From Chrysomallon squamiferum (lineage: Eukaryota; Animalia; Mollusca): a stretch of DNA of 64,000 nucleotides. The notes beneath the pieces are model-generated. The model saw only the letters and a program-made list of their open reading frames with translations, was not told where the DNA came from and did no database searches. Both the position numbers and the translations under genes were made by a program. The stretch covers positions 4,526,001-4,590,000 of the forward strand of contig CM022678.1 in assembly GCA_012295275.1 (NCBI GenBank), written 5' to 3'. Positions 40,661-54,023 of this stretch are shown in pieces (the first letter of the stretch is position 1; each line of letters begins with the position of its first letter).

Positions 40661-42109
40661 AACAACAACATAAACAACAACAGCAATAATAATAATAAAA
40701 AATAATAATAGTAGAAGTATTAGAAATAATAACACAACAACAGTAATAATAATAATACCAACAAAAACAAAAACAACAACAACAACGATGATAATGTATA
40801 TGTCCATATACTCCATATAAGTTACCTATCACTTTTTAAAACAAAACTAACAAAACACTTTATCCAAAATGATACACAACACCAGACTTGGGCTAATATC
40901 TCCACTGAACAAATACACCTCATTCTTCATTCAAAAACAGGACTAACTGAGCTGCTTTTGAGAGAGAAAAACCCGCAAGAAGAATATAGACTCCTACATT
41001 CCATGAAAACCGCCGTATGGTTGGTACAAAAGTAGAGACTACCGCCTAAAACCAATTTCAGTGGCCGCAGTTTTAGTTCATACGAACCAACGTAGCTGAA
41101 AGCAGTTTAGTAACTAAATATGACTAGAGGTCATTGAAACTAGGGCTTGTTCTGGTGTTGAAAGAAGGCCTGGAAATGACAATATATGAATAATGAAATA
41201 TTAAGTCATTGTTACCTCCCATCCAGTTTTTTTGAATTTCAGTGTGTGTCAGGAACCGTTTTCGCATCATTACGTCACAGGCTTTTTTTCACAGAGGAGT
41301 CAGTGCTCACAAATAAAGGCGCGATCATACAGCACGATCTGGCAAATGTTTTTGTCAATAGATGTATTACAAAAATTCGAGTTTGACTGCCCTATGTAAC
41401 ACATACACACACATAGATATATGTATATATTGCAATGTTTTTATTTTTGGGGGGTTTTCTCTTTCCTACTACTAATACATGTTGCTATGCCACTAATCCA
41501 CCACTATTCAAATTGTCCCTGCATTTCTACATTACACATAAATATGCATGCAAAATAATTGTACATAAAGTGTCCTGTTTGCAAATATTATCCACGTTTA
41601 CTAACATGTGACTGCATGAATTAGTATTATTATTATTTAGTTTATTTTTTTATTTTGTTTTTTAGTAAAGCATTTGTATTACTATTACTATTATTATTAC
41701 TACTACTATTATTATTATTATTATTACTATTATTAGTATTATTAGTATTAGTATTACTAATAATTATATATTTATTGACGCGCCTTATAAAATGTAAATA
41801 ACTGCCTATCAATAAAGTAGATAGCGTTTGTACATAAAGTAAATTTTTGACGAATCACTATTTTTTAATTAGTGATTATTTCTATATAATTTAGTCACAT
41901 TTGTATATTAAGTAACTGTTTATTAATCACTATTTCTAAATAAATGAATCACCATGTGTATATCATGTAGTCACTATTTATATATAAGGTAATTTTTGCT
42001 AGTCGCTACATATATATATAAAATAGTCACTATATCTATATTAGTCACTATTTGTAAACATGTTTGTATAAATGTTAGTATTTACCGATATTCATCCATT
42101 TTCTTCGTT

Positions 42110-42343
42110 CTTCTTACTTTCCATTCATTCATGTATTCTGTTTTACTTCTTCTTCTTTCTTTTTTTTTTCTTAATGACTTCTTTTCTGGGTTTTTCTCTC
42201 GTTAATGACGTTTCTGCTTTATGACGTCATTGCGATTATTATTAAGTTCATAATTATTCGGAACTTGCCGAATGTTCTCCGAAGTGTTACCCACTAGTTA
42301 TTTCAGGAGAGCTCGAAGTTAAATATCGAAATTAAATTCTATA

Positions 42344-42384
<41 letters not shown>

Positions 42385-42790
42385 ATATATACATATAATA
42401 AACGGGTAAACGTTATTTGAACACTTTCATATATAATAGATATATCATATATTTAAATGAACTAAAATATAAATATATATACAATAGCACTATAAAGTAT
42501 TCGTACCAAAGCCTTTTCATTTTCTTTCTTTCTTTATTTTTTCTTTCATTAGTTATTATTTTTGGTATTACATACACTGCAAGATTTAATCTTCATTCTT
42601 CTTACTTTCCATTCATTCATTTATTCTGTTTTTCTCTATTCTTTTGTTTTTATTTTTTTATTTTTGTCAATGACTTCTCGTTAATGACGTTTCTGCTTTA
42701 TGACGTCATAGTGATTATTATTATCTTTACTGTTATTCGGAACTTGCCGAATGTTTCCGAAGTGTTATCAATAGTTATTTCGGAAAAACG
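42110..42790. repeat. ~200-bp direct repeat pair (about 42110-42310 and 42597-42790)
   Basis: tcttactttccattcattcat...ctcgttaatgacgtttctgctttatgacgtcat...ttattcggaacttgccgaatgtt..ccgaagtgtta...tagttatttc.gga occurs twice. Confidence 0.85.
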
Positions 42791-42876
42791 TTTATAGGTT
42801 TATATATATATACCAAATAAAATACTTTCAGTATTATTATTTTTCACCGATTTTGACCGAAACAAAATAAGATTAT

Positions 42877-42911
<35 letters not shown>

Positions 42912-43252
42912 TAAGTTATCCCAGGATTACTAATATTTCATTCTCCATTTCCACCATATCCACCCCCACGCCTTCTTTCACCCCACACAGACCCGGCCCC
43001 TGCATTAACGATTTTATTTTTATTTTATTTTATTTTAGCACTGATTAATAATTGTTTAGTCTGTTCCATTCCATGCATGCAGAGATTGTGAACTTTTGTT
43101 ATTGTGTACGTATGTGTATTTCCTTTTGTTTTACATTTTAAATTTCTCATTCTGTATTTTGTTTTGTTTTTTCTTAATTACTCACCTCGTTAAGGTTTTT
43201 AATAGTAATAGCAATGAAAGAAAGAAATAGAGCAGGCGAAAGACAAATAGAT

Positions 43253-43326
<74 letters not shown>

Positions 43327-43849
43327 TAAATATATACGTACATACACATACACACATTCTATACACAGATACACGCACATACGCATATTCATAGACACGT
43401 AGACTGAAACAATAAAACAATTCTCAGCACTACAGTCAATACAAACGAAAATGTCTTGAAAGAAAGTAAAAAAAATAAAAATTAATAAATAAATAATATC
43501 CATATAATAAAATAAATAAATTTAAATAAATAAATAGATAAATAAAAATAAATAAACAAATAAATAAATGAATGAAAACAATAAAACAAAGAAAGAAAGG
43601 AAAACACAAGAATAATAACAGAGAGAGACAGAGATCGCTATATTTATAACGATAATAATGAAAACAAGAACAATGAGGAAAACACCACCACCACCCCCAA
43701 TAACAACAACAACAACAACAGTAACAAAAATAATAATAATAATAATCATAATCATAATAATAATAATAATAGTAGTAATAATAATAATAATAATAATAAC
43801 AGTAACTTCAGAGAACCGATATGCAAAAGATTTGAAACTTACGTCTGAT

Positions 43850-44010
43850 TAGACTCTGCACATAGACAATATTCGGGAACGCACTGGCGCAGGAGGACAA
43901 AGTCAATCAGGACCTCAAAAACCCAGTCAGATGCCGCTGACGAGACTCGAACGTATGACACCCTTTTCCCCGCACTCTGAAGGCAGACGACGTTACGGTT
44001 CAGCCATCAA
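43850..44010 (-). mobile_element. tRNA-derived SINE-like head (degenerate)
   Basis: Minus strand GATGGCTGAACCG (A-box-like) ... GTTCGAGTCTC (B box) at tRNA-like spacing. No clean cloverleaf. Confidence 0.5.
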
Positions 44011-44016
44011 GAAAGA

Positions 44017-44201
44017 ATGTATGTGTATGTATGCATGTATGTATGTATGTATGTCTGTATGTATGTATGTATGTATGTATGTATGTATGTATGTATGTAT
44101 ATATGTATGTATGTATGTATGTATGTACATATCTATGTATGTATGTACGTACGTATATATGTATGTACATATCTATGTATGTATATATGTATGTATGTAT
44201 G

Positions 44202-44235
<34 letters not shown>

Positions 44236-44289
44236 CATATCTATGTATGTATGTACGTACGTATGTATGTATGTACATATCTATGTGTG

Positions 44290-44323
<34 letters not shown>

Positions 44324-44341
44324 TGTATGTGTGTATGTATG

Positions 44342-44375
<34 letters not shown>

Positions 44376-44378
44376 TGT
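44017..44378. repeat. (TATG)n microsatellite array
   Basis: Directly visible; it explains the several MYVC-repeat ORFs. Confidence 0.95.
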
Positions 44379-44901
44379 ACATATTCAAATCATCCCTATG
44401 AATGAATGGATGAGTATTATGTATATGAACAACTAAACACACACGCACGTACACACACACACACACACACACACACGCACGCATAGGACAACTGTATCTA
44501 AGGAGATCTAAAATTTCCATTCCCATTACTGGATTGTAAAATGTCATGTCATACCTGTGATATATTTCCAACGACGACATCAGTTTGCATTGAATTGACA
44601 GGGAATTGGGAATTTATAGCAACAGAGGAAACGAGGTCACGTGACTCTGTGCTGATTATATTTTCTGATCGATCTTTTACATCCTCTCTCAGTTTGATGA
44701 AGATTAGTGTAGACATATGCAAAGTTTCTAGCTTTCATTAGAGACTGACATACAGATATGATACAGAGAAAAATAACTGTGGCACGGAGGCTGATATTAA
44801 AAAAGGTAAGTGGTGTTCGAATTGATGCAGAGGAAACAGAAATGAAATAAAATTAAAGAAAGCGAGTGTTGAAGAGTGAGCGATAGGGGAGAGAGTTAGA
44901 C

Positions 44902-44946
<45 letters not shown>

Positions 44947-45100
44947 CATACATACATACATACATACACATACATACATATATAGATAGATAGATAGATA
45001 TATAAATACATACATACATACATACACATACATACATACACATACATATATACATAGAGATAGGTGCTTAGATAGATTGCTTGTTTGATAGATAGACAGA

Positions 45101-45183
<83 letters not shown>

Positions 45184-45232
45184 TTTATTTTTCTGCACGG
45201 AAATGCATTAGCAATCCCAGAAGTGTTCAATC

Positions 45233-45321
45233 TTTTATGGCGCCAAAATTCCTTTCCGTTAACAGAATGTTTGTCGAGATCGAAAACACACAACTCTCGT
45301 ACAGACAGAATTCTCGCGAGA
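45233..45321. promoter_or_regulatory. Promoter-like motif cluster (E2F-like TGGCGCCAAAA; TCTCGCGAGA palindrome)
   Basis: Perfect TCTCGCGAGA at 45312-45321 and TATGGCGCCAAAA at ~45236-45248, in CpG-enriched sequence. Confidence 0.4.
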
Positions 45322-45719
45322 GTTTCAGTTTCCACCTCGGAAGAGATAAAAACATGTAAAGCCTATTAACACGTTTTGTTTGACACACATTCTGGCTATT
45401 TTTTTTTTTCCCCATAATTTAACTAATAAAATAAAAAAATAAAATTATTCTTGAAATGCGTTAAATAGTTAGTGCTGCTTTCAGGTTTGACAACTTTTTG
45501 ACAAACGAAACTAACAGATAATCAATATTTGTGTACTTGTTGAAAGGACTGTGGTAAATTAAAAAGAAGAAGTGAAATGTGAAAAAAGTGAAAAGGATTT
45601 TAAAACAGGTGTAAATTAGTTCTTTCTCGGCAAACTTTTTTCTTCTTAAGTTTCTTTTTTCTTTTTCTTTTTTTTTTCTCACTTTTCTTTACATATATAG
45701 ATACATACATACGTTCATA

Positions 45720-45769
<50 letters not shown>

Positions 45770-46447
45770 GAGACATATGTAAAATATAGAGAGTAACACC
45801 CATATAGATACATACATAGTATATATTCATGCATAGGTACATACATACATATTATTCCACTTTAAAAATCAGTTAAATGTCATTGCATTATTTATATTAG
45901 ATCCCCAATATTTTCTATATGCAGAGACTAATCAGGAGTACATAAGAATATTCAAACTTACAATACATACCTGGAGACATTTTTACATACATACATACAT
46001 GCATGTACCCGCTTGCCGTCTCATACGCACATAAATGCATGCATACACAGACATGTGTACATATCCGGACCAGATACCCGTAATACATAAGTGGAAGCCG
46101 GTATAAATTTTTAAATTTGAGAATGCGTAAACAAAGAGAAGTTAAGAAACTTAGATGATGTTTCGTTTCGTTACTGTCTTCAAACTGAAATTTCTAGGAG
46201 AGTGAATTAGGACGAAAAACGATAATGAAAGAATCCCAAATTTTTGTTAACACCGAGAAAAAAGAAAAAATGTTTTTGAAGAAAGCTGTTTTGTTTTCAG
46301 ACTAAACATTACAGTAGTCTGTCAAAACATTGATAACAGATAGTGAAAGTCTGTTTCCACCATTTTTTTATATAGAACGTTACAGTTTGTTGTTGTGTTT
46401 CAAATGGTTTCTAAATTATGTTATTCTTGGACTTCCTTTTGTTAAAT

Positions 46448-46482
<35 letters not shown>

Positions 46483-46710
46483 CTTCTACTTCTTGTGTAT
46501 CTTTGTCGGTATTTGGTGGTTTTGTTATTTTCAAAGTTTTCATTGGGTTTTTTTTATTTTTGTTTTATTTAATTTTTTTTGGTTTTGTTTTTCTTCCCTT
46601 ATTCATTTTCTTCTTATGTTATATTAATGTTCGTTGAATTATTTATTTTTGTATATCATTTCAAAGCTTTTTAATTTAAATAAAATTTACTATTTAAAAG
46701 AACACACACA

Positions 46711-46769
<59 letters not shown>

Positions 46770-46800
46770 TTATAAATTTTCTTTCAGTTATTTTTATTTT

Positions 46801-46870
<70 letters not shown>

Positions 46871-47161
46871 TATTATTGAGACAAAATGTAAAATTTTGTT
46901 GAAAAGTCTGCCAAATTAGTGACTGGCATGAAAACACGGGGTTAGCTAATATTTCCAAATTATAAATAGAAAAAATAAAAAATAACAATCGAACAGCAGA
47001 CTCTGTCCAAATTAACAGTAATCTAATTCATTATATATAAGTAGAAAGATCGAAATGCCAATTTGCAATATTTTTATCGATGTGTTTTGCATTTGCGGTA
47101 ATTCATTCGTATTCTGACAAGAAATAAGGATATAACGCCGCATTATTGCTGCTGTTTAAAG

Positions 47162-47320
<159 letters not shown>

Positions 47321-47420
47321 CAAATGCACAAACAGAATAGGAAATATTAAATAAATAAATAAATAAATAAAAAGAAGGAAATAACCTTGTATTTATCGAA
47401 GCAGTTGACAAATTTTATTT

Positions 47421-47677
47421 AGTTAAGGACGACTCAGATAATATGAGAGGAAACTCGATGCCTACATTTCGTGGACAACTCTTTCTCTCAGGTTAGCAGC
47501 AAGGTCGCTTTTTACATGTTTTTAGAAAGGATGGTACATAACATGACCGTTATTACACCAGTTCTAGAGCACTTGTTGGAATGAGAAATAGCTAAATGGG
47601 GCTACCAAGAGAGATCGATCGGAAAACTCACTATACGTTGAACAGACATCATCCCACCACTGATCTATATCCATCCC
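47421..47677 (-). mobile_element. Degenerate tRNA-derived SINE
   Basis: Minus-strand head GGGATGGATATAGATCAGTGG (A box) ... GATCGATCTC (B-box-like). The body (gttaaggac..cagata...gagaggaaac...ttagcagcaagg...gagaaatagc..aatggg) resembles an abundant gastropod SINE as I recall it. Confidence 0.7.
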
Positions 47678-48634
47678 GAACAGATACAAGCACACATACA
47701 CGTACAAACACATACACACACACATACACGTGCACACCCAACACACACACACACACATATATAGACGCACATAACAAACTGAAAAGAAACTTAGTGCACA
47801 CATAATATTATTATTTATTATATATTTATTTACTTTACTTATTTCATTTCATTTCATTTCATTTCATTTATTTATTTTCTTTTTTCATAATTTTTTTTTT
47901 TTTTTTTTTTTTTTTTTTCCGTTTCATTAAAATACATTCCATTGGCAGACATTCATTTCACCCAAGCTGCGCATTGTCATTCACTAATTACCAAATGCTG
48001 TACGACTACAGCGGTTTTATACAAGCGAACTTAAAGCTCTTTAAACATTAACGGCGTCAGTTCTGGTGTTTTCGACATGCCAGTTTTGTCGCAATAACTT
48101 ATTAACGACGAGTATCAAAGTAGCGATATAAATAGATAAGTGAATAAACAGACACACCGAATGACACAGACTGGTTAATTATAGATTTAAAACAGACGAA
48201 AAATAAATAAATAAATAAATAAATAGCCTGGACGGAGGAACGGAGGTAAAGAAAGTTTTAAAGACACAGATACACATACATACATAATTAATTACACCCT
48301 ACACTGAAATGATCGTATTTTCGTCAATAACCTAAAGTCGATAATAGCTTTATATAGACTGAGTCGCGACATACATTTAAGACAACTATCTGTGTTTCAT
48401 TAACTGGATCAGACGGCATTTTAGTATGAAGAAGAAATAGTTCAGCTTCGGTCTGTCTCCAAGTAGCAATCAAATGGGCTTTAAAAATATTCTTTGCATC
48501 ACAGAATAAATCGGTCTTGCAGAAAAAATGAATCGTGGTAAATTGGAAAATGAGTACCTAAAGGTCACGGTATGCAGCTTGTTTAGTACTTTCCAGTAGT
48601 AGTAGTAGTAATAGTAGTAGTAGCAGTAGCAGTA

Positions 48635-48810
48635 GCAGGGGCGTATCTAATATGAAAGTAATGAAAGTTAAGCTTCGGGCCCCTGATCCAATCTGAAATG
48701 TCGTGCTTTATTTCTTTTGAAAGATGTATGATGATTAACCCATTCAGGAAGTTAACAGTGGTTACTTGAATGGGCCCCATAACAGTTCAAGTTTCAGGGG
48801 CCCAAAAATG
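48635..48810. mobile_element. Possible MITE remnant
   Basis: Begins CAGGGGCGTATCTA (TIR-like) and carries three GGGCCC(C) motifs typical of non-autonomous DNA elements. The matching right TIR was not found. Confidence 0.3.
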
Positions 48811-48829
48811 TAGAAGTAATGGTGGTAAC

Positions 48830-48878
<49 letters not shown>

Positions 48879-50636
48879 TCTTGTTGTTGTAATTGTAGCA
48901 ATAGTAGCAGTAGGGGTGTCATTTAGAAGGGGTAGCGGTAATTGTTGAAATAATAGTAGTGGAAAGAGCAGACGATATTGGCGGTGTTCGTGGACACAAA
49001 TTCTCAAGATAATCAAGAAATAAGGCGTCTGGCGTTAAAGATATTGAATTACTGCTAACTGTGCGTGTGTGAGAAATGTGACATTGTCTGTCAGGCTGAA
49101 ATGAAAAATAAGTGTTACTAACATTGTTTCGAACGTGTCCACGTCTAGACAGCTTCGTGTTATTCCGGCAATAACGAGATCTCACGAAACGATTCCGCCG
49201 ACTCGGAAAGGCGCAAAGATTTTAGTTTATTGATGTCAAAATGTCTGGCCTTTTTTATAGCAACGTCGTTTTATCGACATCTCAACACTGATCGTTAATG
49301 ACAGGATTTTCTGTCAGCAGTTTTGCCGTCTCTGAACGACACTGTCCTGAAAAACAAATTAAGTGATATCAACATGATTACGTTTCGTTCTTGGAGTAAT
49401 CTGAGAATTTATTTCAGTTGTCGTTGGTAATGAAATTGTCTCTTCACTTTATGGACTTTTTATATGTTTACTCTTATTACATCTTATCGTCTTACCAGAA
49501 TAATTATTATTAGTCCAGCTATCACAACAGACAATTGCTGATTTAGCATCCCATATCATAGTTCCAAACATCCGAAACGTTTTCCCAGCACAAGAAATAG
49601 TCATATCTGACAGTGTACGGGTTGTTTTGGATACACAAAATATTTTATTCACAACATAATTATAAACATTATATATATTGATCCAAAGCATTTCGTATAA
49701 AGAATTCTTAAGCTGTATTTAGCAACCACTGGCGCTTGTTCAAGATCGTGTTTTCTACTGTAAGGGAACTAACTCTAATTAGACTTTACTATTTCCATTT
49801 TGGGTTTTTTCCCCTCAATCATATACCTTTTAATTCACGTTATACTTGTGTAATTATAATATTTTACTAATAAATTAATTTTGCCGTATTTTACAAATAC
49901 AAATTAAATTAAATTTGACTACTAGAACTTGTTATCGGCAAGTTTTATCAGTGATACTGGCTTGAATGGAATATTTTATCTCCAATATTTCACTGTGGCA
50001 TGATCCAATGACCTGTTAGTCAGTCGTTTGGTGTTTTCTGTCATTTTATTCGCGTGTAGTATTTCAAATAACTAAGTATTATTATGTTATTGTATATTAT
50101 TTTGAATATTTCTTATCTTCAGTAAGAATCATATAGGCTACCTACATTATAATTACCTGTTATAGTAAATAAATTATAAATAATAGTAATGAAATAAAAG
50201 AAAAATAATAATAATAATTCATAATAATAATAAATATTAATACTAATATTAATAATGATGATGAAGCGAAAAAAAAAAATAATAATATATATATTAATAA
50301 ATAAATAAATAAGAAAAAGAAAAAAGAATAAAATAACAATCGCTGTGGGCATAAACTGTCAAGGTTATTTTCTAAACCAATTTTATTATTAAATTGTCTG
50401 AATTCAAAAAATAATTTAAAAAAAAACAACAAAAAAACTATAAATGTATGTACTAATATTTAAATATTAATCCAAGTTACATCACAAATAAAAAAAATAA
50501 AAAATACTTAAAAACAACATAAAACTACTGACTGTCAAAGAGTTATATATGACAAATATGATAAATGTGATGATAAATACAAGAGACACAAAGTGTACAG
50601 TTCAGATGGTTTAATTTACAAAGACGCACAGCACAT

Positions 50637-52052
50637 TTAGATCTTATTAAACGCAACAATGTCGATGGACTGAATATAATCTTCATGTTTCGTTATTTCT
50701 TCTTCCAGAAAATCTGTTCCAATCTAAAATAAAATCAAATCAAAAATTAAAAAATATATTAAAAAAAAATATTAATAATAATTTAAACATGAAATTAAAA
50801 ACATCCCTTGTATTGAAAATTGTTTAAAAATGATTTTACATGGTGCCAAAAAATTGGACAGATTAAATCCATTTTTAATTTTATTTTTTTTATTTTTTAC
50901 CTTTGTAAATACCAATAAAGTGCATTTGTTTATGGTTGCAACAAATACCATTTACAGAGATACTCAAAATACACATTAAAAATGGACTAACCCCATACAC
51001 ACATACACATCACAATACACAGTGACAAAAATACAACACACAGACACAACAAAACACACAACACATTAATTACCTTGTCATCTTCAACCACACAGGAAAT
51101 CTGTAATTTCTTGATTCCATAGGCAAGAGGCACCAGTTTGGCTAAACAAAATCAAAAATAAAATAAAATAAAATAAAATAAAATAAAATAAAATAAAATA
51201 AACAAAACATAAAGAAAGAAAACTAATATATATAAACAAATGAATAAATACATACATAAACATATAAAGAAACAACAATCAAATGAATTAATAAATGAAT
51301 AAATGAACAAAAAAACAACAACAAACAAATAAATAAATATAAAACATATTTTAGCGTTATATAAATACGACATGAATTAAAACTTTTGTCCTTTTCCATA
51401 AATTTAACGTTAAGTAATAACCGATTTCATTTGTGTTAACAAACAATGTATTTCTTTGCTAATGCGTTATCTGTACTGTATTGTACTATACTTTATCCTG
51501 TTCTATTGTATTTATTTATCTATTTATTTGAAGTTAAATGAACTCACAAGCTCCCCACAGCAAGCCGTCAGCCTCTATAGATCTGACAAGCTGTTCAACC
51601 CGTTTCATGTCTGTTTCATCATCCCATGGCTTCACGTCCAGAATGATGTTGCTCTTAGCAACCAGAACTGGCTCTAGACAGAAAATAATAAAATCACAGT
51701 CAGATAAATTCAATTAAAGTAAACATGGATATTATTACATGAGAGGATAATTAACATTTTAGGTTTTTTGGGGGGTCAAATAGATATAAAATTCAGACAG
51801 AGAATTACGATGTTTTGCATATAAATGTCGTAAGAAAAGATGAATTAAAAAAAATGTACCAGCATTTCTAAAGAGATTAAACTAACTTCTTCCCATGTTC
51901 AGCACAAAAAAATTCTTTAAAATTGTTTTCAGTTATAGAAAATAAAATTATATACATAAATGATGGTCAAAATATCTAAAGAAGCTATTCATTTAGACAT
52001 TAATTTTTTTTTTTTTTTAAATATAAAGTATAATATTAATTCTTTTTTTTTT

Positions 52053-52085
<33 letters not shown>

Positions 52086-52701
52086 CCATGAAAGCACTAG
52101 TCTTGACAATTAAAACTGATAAATTAGTAATCGTAAAAACGTGCATTACTCTTCTTTTATTTTAAATTAAGTTTTTAAAATATATTATGAATTTACTTTT
52201 GGCTTTCTTAGCCTTATATTCATCTAAAAGTTTCTTTCTTTCAGCATCAGCCTCCTTGTCCTGAAAAATATAAAATATTTTTTTATTGTTTTGCGACTGG
52301 TAACTTTCCGTACTCATTTAGAAATGGTCATGGTTTATATCATCACAGCACAAGAAATCACATATATATACATGAAAACTATCGCAAAGATTCATACATC
52401 TACATCTCTGTCATATACGTACATACGTATGTATGTATGTATGTATGTATGTATGTATATAGATACATAAAAATAGACAGATATATTATAGATATATGAA
52501 TCTACAATAAATCTTTTACATATTAATAATTAAGTATCTGAGTCTCTCATTCTGTCTCTCTTTAAAACATTACACTATGTTTGTGTAAATGTGTGTCTGT
52601 CTGTCTCTCGCTCTCTCTCTGTGTATGTCTGTCTCTTTAAAATATTACACTGTGCTTGTGTAAATTTGTGTAAATGAGTATGTGTCTGTCTCTGTGTGTG
52701 C

Positions 52702-52791
<90 letters not shown>

Positions 52792-53246
52792 GTGTATTTT
52801 ATTTCAAAATAAACGCAACACCTCTTCCATTTCTTCATCATCGTCAGCAAACAGATCAAACTCGTCATCAGCATCGTCTTTCTTCCCTGCCGCTGATGCT
52901 GCTGCTGCTGCTGATGGTGCTGTGCCTCCCGATTCAAGGGCCTTAATTCTGCTGTCCAGTTTTAGAACAAGTGATTTCAAATCCTGAGTGACTGCAAGAC
53001 AACAACAATTTTCAAAAACATATATATTAGCACTTGGAGGATAAGAATGGAAAATTATTTAACTGATGAGAAATGCAATTACAGTGCGTAGTGTTAATGA
53101 ATGGATAATAAACTATATTTCAACATTTGTGTTAACTTATTTCAATGCACTTGTAATGAAATGGTTATTAGCTGCGCTGTGCTTGTGCCTGTGTGCGCGA
53201 GTGCACCTGCTCATGTATTTTATTACACAAATACACACCTGTATAG

Positions 53247-53288
<42 letters not shown>

Positions 53289-53947
53289 GTGGGCTTTTTT
53301 TGGCTAAGTGGAAGTGAAAGGAAGCATCACTCTCTCATTAACAGACAGCATTGTTCTAACTTACACACCTTTCAATACAACAGGCATATAAACATCATGG
53401 CCATTAGTGTATCTGTTTTATGGCACCAACTATATACAAAAATATCTTTCAAAACTTATTTATATAAATCAACAGCATATTTTACTAAAAATAAAAAATA
53501 AAAATTCACAATGAAACCATCTCTATATTATATTTAATCTCAGTATGATCTGAGATGGCAGAAATTCTCTGCTGCAGATAATCTTTGTTTCTGGTTAGCA
53601 GATATTCTTGATATCACAGCCCATGCTATTATGATATTAGTCTGTCCTAGAACAGCGCAGAATGGAGGAAACTGGCTTTAAAGCCATCTGTGGTACTCCT
53701 AGTGTGGTTAAGGGATATGTGAAGTGAAGTAATGATTTGTTAAAGACAGTGATATTTACTTTTCTTCAGTTCCCTGTTTTCCAGTTCCAGAGCATTAATC
53801 CGTGTGATGATTGCATCAGGCGCATCTCCCCTGTCTGACTGAGAAAATTAAAAAATTAAAAATTAAATATTAATTAAAAAGAAATGTAAATAAATAATAA
53901 AAATAATAATTTTTGAAAAAACAAAACAAGTAAAAATAAATAAATTA

Positions 53948-54023
<76 letters not shown>

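Noticed and set aside
40344-40832. ORFs spanning X runs
   Set aside because: Artefacts of the N gap.
43930-44010. Functional tRNA gene
   Set aside because: A/B-box-like motifs are present, but there is no convincing cloverleaf or acceptor stem; better explained as a SINE head.
43931-45369. Long overlapping ORFs (MYVCMYVC..., LSLSLS, ERERER)
   Set aside because: These are stop-free frames of (TATG)n, (GA)n and (TAGA)n microsatellites. The same applies to most low-complexity ORFs in the track.
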